Assembly (NCBI GenBank): GCA_965648905.1
Contig: CBFGIT010000023.1
Coordinates: forward strand, 1 to 41,385
DNA: 41,385 bases
From: a candidate division WOR-3 bacterium
GTDB lineage: Bacteria; Hydrothermota; Tepidihabitantia; Tepidihabitantales; Tepidihabitantaceae
Reading direction: 5' to 3'
In this document: positions 35,698-41,385 of the stretch, piece after piece
Layout: each line of letters starts with the position of its first letter
How positions within the stretch are numbered: the first letter of the stretch is position 1
Position numbers and translations under genes: made by a program
Notes under the pieces: model-generated
The model's database searches: none
What the model was told of the DNA's origin: nothing
The model's input: only the letters and a program-made list of their open reading frames with translations

Positions 35698-36216
35698 ATG
35701 TCTAGCAGAAGTTACGTGGGTTTGGTTGCGCTGCTTGCTGTGGTCGCCGGCAGTGCATTGGGACAGCAGGTACCGGACTTGACAAAGTACGGGTTCACGG
35801 CTGAGCCGGGAGTGGCAGTCGGTACGCCGTGCGGTCTGAATGTGGTGGCGCGGTTCTGGTATGGCTATGTCGGCGTTTCGGCCTCAGGAATCTATCTGCC
35901 GGCGAGTGTCAGCTTCATGAACGGCAGCGGGTTTGAGACCGCCTTGTGCTTAAGGCTGAGCAAGAAAGCCAAGTCGTTGAGTCCGCAGTTTGGAGTCGGC
36001 TACGGCCAGTCGAACATCGTCGGCACAGTCAGCGGTAAGAGCTACGGGCTTTCGACCAAGTACGTCGGTGCGTTCGGCGGGGTCAGTTACCTCGGTGTGT
36101 TCGGCCAAGTCGGACTGGGCATCGGCAGCCTGAAGTTCGGCAGCGGCGCCAAGGTCCCGGTCGTGCCGCTGTTCAAGGTCGGCTGGGCCAAGGCGATTGG
36201 CGGCGGAGCCAAATAG
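35698..36216 (+). CDS. exported Gly/aromatic-rich protein, possible small outer-membrane beta-barrel
   Basis: Own promoter TTGACC-N16-TATGGT (35647-35674), SD AAGGAG, signal peptide, alternating amphipathic strands. Confidence 0.65.
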   Translation: MSSRSYVGLVALLAVVAGSALGQQVPDLTKYGFTAEPGVAVGTPCGLNVVARFWYGYVGVSASGIYLPASVSFMNGSGFETALCLRLSKKAKSLSPQFGVGYGQSNIVGTVSGKSYGLSTKYVGAFGGVSYLGVFGQVGLGIGSLKFGSGAKVPVVPLFKVGWAKAIGGGAK

Positions 36217-36246
36217 GCGCTAGGAGCGGGGATTGTCAGGAGGTGA

Positions 36247-37986
36247 ATGATGAACAGCGGAGTTGGTCGCGTTGCACTGCTCGTGACTCTGTTGGTCGGT
36301 GGCTGCAGCCTGCTCGAAGTGGGCACAAACCCGCCGAACACGCCGACGATTCCAAGCGGGCCGTCTAGCGGCAGGCCGGGAATCGCGATTGACTTTTCGT
36401 CTTCGGCAACTGACCCGGACGCGGATAACGTCTGCATCCGGTTCTCATGGGGTGACGGTGATACCTCGGCCTGGAGCGCGATGGTCGCAAGTGGCGCGAC
36501 CGTCACGTCTTCGCACACCTGGGCTTCAGACGGCAACTACCAGGTCACGGCTCAGGCCAAAGACGCGGAAGGTAAGACCTCAGGCTGGTCCGGCGCGACC
36601 ACCATCTCCATAGCCGCGGGCGGCAATGCGGCCCCGAATGCTCCGTCCACGCCGTCTGGGCCTTCGAGCGGCGGCATCGGCGGTTCGCTCACCTACTCTA
36701 GCTCGGCTACTGACCCGGATGGTGACAATGTCGCATTGCGGTTCTCATGGGGTGATGGCGACACGTCAGGCTGGAGCGCACTGGTCCCGAGCGGAACCCC
36801 AACCAGTTCTTCGCACGCCTGGGCCAGCGCGGGAACGTATCAGGTCAGCGCTCAGGCCAAGGATGCAAACGGCGCAACTTCAGCCTGGTCTGCCAGCCTG
36901 CCGGTCACGATCACACAGGGCGGTGGCGGCGGAACGCCGGGAACACTGAAGTGGCGGTATGTAGTAGGCAAGAAGATGGTGTCATCACCGGCAATTGGGG
37001 CCGACGGAACTATCTACATCGGTTCTGAGGACAGCGCTCTGCATGCAGTGAACCCGGACGGTTCCCGTAAGTGGCGCTATCCGACTTGGAACATCATCTG
37101 GTCTTCGCCGGCTGTTGGCGCTGACGGCGTCATTTACTTCGGGTCGAACGACTTCGCGCTGTACGCGGTCAACCCGGACAGCAGCCCGAGATGGTCGCAC
37201 CGAACCGATGGAGCGGTCAGGTCTTCACCTGCGATTGGGGCTGACGGCACGGTCTTTGTCGGGTCTGACGACGACTACCTCTATGGCTTACGCACGGACG
37301 GCACAAGGTCATGGCGGTATTGTCGGTCAGGATGGGAAGTGTACTCCTCTCCGGCCGTTGCGGCTGACAGGACCGTATACGCAGGTTGGGACGCGGGGTA
37401 CCTCGTTGCGGTTGACCCTGACCTCGGCACACCGATATGGTCAACAGGTGATCTGGGTAATATCTACGCCTCGCCCGCCATTGGTGCAGATAGCACGATT
37501 TACATCGGATCGACCAACGACTACCTCAACGCCTTCTGGCCTGACGGACGGCTGAGATGGACATATCACGCTGGAGGCGATGTTTCTTCCCCTGCGGTCG
37601 GCAATGACTCGACGGTCTACGTGGGGTCGAATGATGGGTATGTTTATGCGCTCAGTGCGGACAGCGGGAAACTCAGGTGGCGCTACAAGACCGGTGGATA
37701 CATATGGACGTGTCCGGCGGTAGCGTCGGATGGCACGATATACGTTACATGCCGTGACAAGTGCATATACGCACTGAAGCCGGACGGGTCGCTGTTGTGG
37801 AAGTATCAGGCGACGGACGCCATCGAGTCATCACCCAACATCGGCACCGACGGCACGGTCTACTTTGGCTGCAATGACGGATGCCTGTACGCCGTCTACG
37901 GTTCCGCGCCGCTCGCTACGAACGCGCCGTGGCCGAAGTTTCATCACGATATACGGAACACCGGCCGCGTGGGCGGAGGAGATTAG
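36247..37986 (+). CDS. lipoprotein with two PKD domains and a PQQ-like beta-propeller
   Basis: SD GGAGGT; lipobox VGGC; two ATDPD.DNV..RFSWGDGDTS..SH.W...G.YQV.AQAKD repeats; SSPAIG.DGTIY.GS blades; WPKFHHD..NTG tail. Confidence 0.92.
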   Translation: MMNSGVGRVALLVTLLVGGCSLLEVGTNPPNTPTIPSGPSSGRPGIAIDFSSSATDPDADNVCIRFSWGDGDTSAWSAMVASGATVTSSHTWASDGNYQVTAQAKDAEGKTSGWSGATTISIAAGGNAAPNAPSTPSGPSSGGIGGSLTYSSSATDPDGDNVALRFSWGDGDTSGWSALVPSGTPTSSSHAWASAGTYQVSAQAKDANGATSAWSASLPVTITQGGGGGTPGTLKWRYVVGKKMVSSPAIGADGTIYIGSEDSALHAVNPDGSRKWRYPTWNIIWSSPAVGADGVIYFGSNDFALYAVNPDSSPRWSHRTDGAVRSSPAIGADGTVFVGSDDDYLYGLRTDGTRSWRYCRSGWEVYSSPAVAADRTVYAGWDAGYLVAVDPDLGTPIWSTGDLGNIYASPAIGADSTIYIGSTNDYLNAFWPDGRLRWTYHAGGDVSSPAVGNDSTVYVGSNDGYVYALSADSGKLRWRYKTGGYIWTCPAVASDGTIYVTCRDKCIYALKPDGSLLWKYQATDAIESSPNIGTDGTVYFGCNDGCLYAVYGSAPLATNAPWPKFHHDIRNTGRVGGGD

Positions 37987-37991
37987 GAGCA

Positions 37992-38588
37992 ATGGGCAAA
38001 GGACGGTGCTTGCTATTGCCGGTTGCCTTGGCCCTCGTGACAGCCTCGTGCCGACCGCAGTGGAGCGACTACCGCTTTGTCGGCAAGTGGCAAAGCAAGC
38101 GCTATGGGAGCATCGTCCAGTTCAAGGCCAATGGAACCGTAATTGTCACTGGGCCGGTCAGGAGCCAGACTGACAGCAGTTCATACAAGGTTGTCGCTCC
38201 TGGGTGCATCGAGATCAGGCATGGCCGCAACCGCAGCACCTGGGTTGAAGCCTGCACTTATGTGTTCGCCGATAGCCTGATGGTTCTGACCTATCCGGGC
38301 CACAGGGTAGACACTCTGCGTCGGCATGACCCAGCTAAGGCCTTCAGGGCCCAGAGTCAGAGCAGGCAGAGTCACGCGTCAAGACCTCAGCGCCAGGAGG
38401 TCAGGCCTGAACAAGAGCCTGAGCAGCTTGGTCAGGAGAGCGTTGTCCAGCCGAAGCCAAGAGAGATTGAAAGAGAGGAGCGCCGGCGCGAGCGGACAGC
38501 AGTCTCCCGTCAGGCTCGCCAGAGGCGCGAGACACCAGCGCGGAGAGCAACTCGGACAAGTCCGCGACCAACCAAGGAGCGCCGTTAG
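37992..38588 (+). CDS. lipoprotein with lipocalin-like N-domain and Arg/Glu/Gln-rich tail
   Basis: SD AGGAG; lipobox TASC; FVGKW..F.ANG motif; low-complexity C-terminus. Confidence 0.7.
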   Translation: MGKGRCLLLPVALALVTASCRPQWSDYRFVGKWQSKRYGSIVQFKANGTVIVTGPVRSQTDSSSYKVVAPGCIEIRHGRNRSTWVEACTYVFADSLMVLTYPGHRVDTLRRHDPAKAFRAQSQSRQSHASRPQRQEVRPEQEPEQLGQESVVQPKPREIEREERRRERTAVSRQARQRRETPARRATRTSPRPTKERR

Positions 38589-38670
38589 CCCATGGTGTCA
38601 GCACCGGCGGGCGCTCAGAAAGCAGTTATCGCGCGAGCCGGAAGCATAGTCAAGTAAGAAAGAGGAGGAG

Positions 38671-39975
38671 ATGATGTTCTGTCAGCGATGTGGAACACAG
38701 AACCCGGCCGGGGTCCCACGGTGCGTGAGATGCAATGACCCGCTGCCGGGAATACCGGTCCAGCAGGTACCGTACTACCAGCCGCGTCGATTGGCCAAAG
38801 GGTTCTACGTTTCTGCCGCGGTCATCGGCGCTGCAGGCACGGTGTTGATGTCGTTTGCCGTTTCGTTTCCACTGGCCGGCTTCATGGGTGGTAGATTGGC
38901 TCCGCTAGTGCTGGTTGGTTTCCTGAGTCCGCTGCTCTATGTTCCCGGTTCTCTGGCGCAACTGTATGGTGCTATTGTAAGCCTAGTGTTCCTGCACAAG
39001 CAGTGGAGCTGCATCCAAGACGGCTATGCGCGAACCACACCGGGTAAGGCGGTCGGGTATCTCTTTATTCCATTCTACGCGTGGTACTGGGCGTTTCAGG
39101 CGTTCTGGGGTTTCGGCGTGGACTTCAACGCATTCGTGGACCGCTACAACCTGTCAGCCCCAAGGATACCAACCGGGCTTTTGCTTGCGAACACAATCTT
39201 GATGTTACTCAATGCCTTGTTTCTCTGGTGTGTACCGATTGTCGGGCCGGTGCATGCACTGGCGTACGGCGTAATCAGCGTCTTTCTGGCCGTTCGCATC
39301 TGCGATGCGCTGAATGCCATTGCCGAGTACTGGACCACGCCGTATTCCGGGCCGCTGGTGGCACCGGTCGTGGTCGCGGGCGGTGGTGGGCCCGCGTCGG
39401 TGGTCGTTGTGCAGGGCGGGGCCGGGAGTACCGGCCCGTCTGCTCCAGCTCAGCCTTTGCCCCAGCCGACGCAACCCGCGCCGCAGCCGGTTCAGCCTGG
39501 CCCGGCTCGGCCCGCGCCTGTGGTCGCTCCGGTTCAGGCAGCAGCGCCAGCCACAGCCGCAGGCACTGACGTTGCTTCTCAGGTCGGCCAGGCGTATCTT
39601 GCCGCAGTGCGTACCCTGAAAGGGCCGTTGCGGTTGTCCGGGGTGCTCTGTCTTTCGGCCGGCATCATCGGTTCAATCACCGTGCTGGCCGCGCCGGTCG
39701 GCATTGTTCTTATTCTGCTCGGGGTAAGTATGCTCGGCGCTGCCGGACGGGTGCAGGATTTCTTCGACACCGGTGACCCGAGGACACTGCCTGATGTCTG
39801 GCGTAGAATGAGGACGTTTGCCTTGACGAGCGGGGTCTTGTTCGTCATCGGGGTACTGCCGGTGGCCATCGCGGTCATTGCTCTCGCCATCACTGCCGGG
39901 ATGGGGCTGCTGCCCTATACGCTGAAGTACTACGCCATCAAGTTCAACGACTGGGCCGCGGCCATGATGCCGTGA
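38671..39975 (+). CDS. zinc-ribbon membrane protein with Pro-rich linker and DUF5362-like C-terminal domain
   Basis: CQRC...CVRC; TPGKAVGYLFIPFY..YW (DUF4328-like); PQP linker; further TM segments; SD GAGGAGG. Confidence 0.8.
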   Translation: MMFCQRCGTQNPAGVPRCVRCNDPLPGIPVQQVPYYQPRRLAKGFYVSAAVIGAAGTVLMSFAVSFPLAGFMGGRLAPLVLVGFLSPLLYVPGSLAQLYGAIVSLVFLHKQWSCIQDGYARTTPGKAVGYLFIPFYAWYWAFQAFWGFGVDFNAFVDRYNLSAPRIPTGLLLANTILMLLNALFLWCVPIVGPVHALAYGVISVFLAVRICDALNAIAEYWTTPYSGPLVAPVVVAGGGGPASVVVVQGGAGSTGPSAPAQPLPQPTQPAPQPVQPGPARPAPVVAPVQAAAPATAAGTDVASQVGQAYLAAVRTLKGPLRLSGVLCLSAGIIGSITVLAAPVGIVLILLGVSMLGAAGRVQDFFDTGDPRTLPDVWRRMRTFALTSGVLFVIGVLPVAIAVIALAITAGMGLLPYTLKYYAIKFNDWAAAMMP

Positions 39976-40165
39976 TGCCGTACGGACGCGCCGTCGTCTA
40001 AGGCGGCCGCGAGCTGCTGCGGCCGTCCTGGAGAGAATGGCCAGGAGATATGCCGCGGGTTTCGTTGACTTGGGGCCGAGTTGTGGTAGAATTATCCATT
40101 GCTGGGTCGGGTTCTTGTACCGGCTCAGGGAAGCGTAATATGGTTGATAGTCAGGAGGGAGCTCA

Positions 40166-40879
40166 GTGAAGCCAGTCAGGCTTATGTTACTGGTCGGCGT
40201 GCTGGTCATCTTGACCGGCTGCGGCACGACCAATCATGCACCGGTCATTTCCTCAATTGCAGTTGCGCCGTCGGACAGCGCCTTGGTGGGCGGCAGTCCG
40301 CTTTGGCTCAAGGTCTCCGCGACCGATGAAGATGACGACGTTCTTGCATTCCTGTGGCGGGCATCGTCGGGCACGATTTCAAGCGCCGCGGGCGAGAGCA
40401 CGGCTTGGACCGCAACGAGCGCGGGAAGTTGTACGGTCTCGGTTACCTGTACTGATGAGGCCGGTCTGGCCGATACGATGTCTCGGGTCGTGCGGGGCTA
40501 TCGGGTCTGGCGCTCGGGCAGCGTACAGGGCGAGACACCGGATTCGACGTTTCTGCCCGCCGGGGCGACGACCTATGTGCCGTTTGAGCTGGATGAACCG
40601 GTGCCTGATGGCGCGGTGATTGACTCGGCGTTTGTCTGCACCGACTTGGAGCCGGACACGGTCGGCGAGTACTTTCGGATATGGATTGTGACGCCCACAG
40701 GGTCAGAAGTGCTTATCTACGACGGGCTGAACGGCGAGCCGGACGTCGACGATTTCCTGATTCAGGGCATCAAGGGCGAGCCGACCAAAGGAATCTGGCG
40801 GCTGAAGGTCGTGCGCGACCAGTCGTCGATCGAGCGCTACGCCGATGTCTGTGACCTGGACATTTACTACCACTACTAG
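40166..40879 (+). CDS. lipoprotein with Ig/PKD-like and P-proprotein-like domains
   Basis: Promoter TTGACT-N16-TAGAAT (40065-40092), SD AGGAGG, lipobox LTGC, ATDED.D.LAFLW, GEPTKGIWRLKV. Confidence 0.75.
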   Translation: MKPVRLMLLVGVLVILTGCGTTNHAPVISSIAVAPSDSALVGGSPLWLKVSATDEDDDVLAFLWRASSGTISSAAGESTAWTATSAGSCTVSVTCTDEAGLADTMSRVVRGYRVWRSGSVQGETPDSTFLPAGATTYVPFELDEPVPDGAVIDSAFVCTDLEPDTVGEYFRIWIVTPTGSEVLIYDGLNGEPDVDDFLIQGIKGEPTKGIWRLKVVRDQSSIERYADVCDLDIYYHY

Positions 40880-40911
40880 GCGTCGGGGAAGAAGCCGGCA
40901 GCGCGAAGTAG

Positions 40912-41385
40912 TGTCAAACCACAGCGATTATGTCATACCCAAACCACAGCGAAAATGTCATGGGTTGACAAGCTGAGTTGCGGTGCGGCGAGAGCGGTTA
41001 GGCAGTCGGATGACGGGGACGTTGCCGGCCCGGTCATGCCGGACATGGATTGAGCCATCAAACCACTCCTGGACGGTGACCTTGGTTCCGGCGATGCAGA
41101 CGGTACGGGTATCGGGCCTGAGTTGGTAGACCTGGCCCTGGTAGCTGATGGTGTTGTCGTTGGCGACCTCGCGGGTGGTCCTGGCACACAGCACGGTGCG
41201 CAGATCCATGCCTTCAGGTATCGGTCGGAAGGCCGACTCCGGGTCACGTGGTTCTACGCCGAAGCGCCGGGCATACTTGGGAATGAACACCCGGTTGAGG
41301 TAGTCAGTGGCCTGGGCCGGGTCGGTGATGTGGTGATGTTCCAGTTCTGCCACCAGCCGGTCCTGGAACGACCCGTTGATACGCT
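40912..41385 (-). mobile_element. right end of an ISNCY/IS1202-like insertion sequence (partial)
   Basis: Terminus TGTCA at 40912 with two 21-bp subterminal repeats AAACCACAGCGAwwATGTCAT (40916-40936, 40941-40961). Confidence 0.75.
40958..41385 (-). CDS. ISNCY/IS1202-family DDE transposase, C-terminal part
   Basis: RINGSFQDRLVAEL..A.DYL...FIPKY.RRF..AFRP..L..VLC....R.V.NDNTISYQGQ.YQL; runs off the window end. Confidence 0.85.
   Translation of the reverse strand, partial: RINGSFQDRLVAELEHHHITDPAQATDYLNRVFIPKYARRFGVEPRDPESAFRPIPEGMDLRTVLCARTTREVANDNTISYQGQVYQLRPDTRTVCIAGTKVTVQEWFDGSIHVRHDRAGNVPVIRLPNRSRRTATQLVNP

Overview
GC-rich bacterial chromosomal window. Multiple secreted proteins with FlgD-Ig/T9SS-like C-terminal domains, YVTN and LVIVD propellers and 7-bp microrepeats suggest a WOR-3-like/FCB-related lineage (inference only). 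Layout: (1) 179-6643, a nuclease-rich island (PD-(D/E)XK, AAA_14/DUF4143, two Holliday-junction-resolvase-like proteins, PLD) with two copies of a DEDDy exonuclease gene, the second pair bracketing most of it; (2) a fluoride-riboswitch-controlled CPA2 antiporter operon; (3) a ~1740-aa Ser/Thr kinase-ATPase-TPR-GAF-sigma54 activator followed by a sigma54 promoter driving an unannotated 16-aa Pro-rich ORF with its own terminator; (4) YitT-family and nitrilase-family genes and a NikR-controlled TonB receptor/metal-binding protein operon; (5) four secreted proteins, one split by an in-frame TGA followed by a bacterial-SECIS-like hairpin (candidate new selenoprotein); (6) a propeller-sensor/NtrC-type two-component system with enhancer dyads and a sigma54 promoter ahead of a lipoprotein cluster; (7) the end of an ISNCY/IS1202-like element. 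All calls were made by eye; no database searches or folding programs were run.
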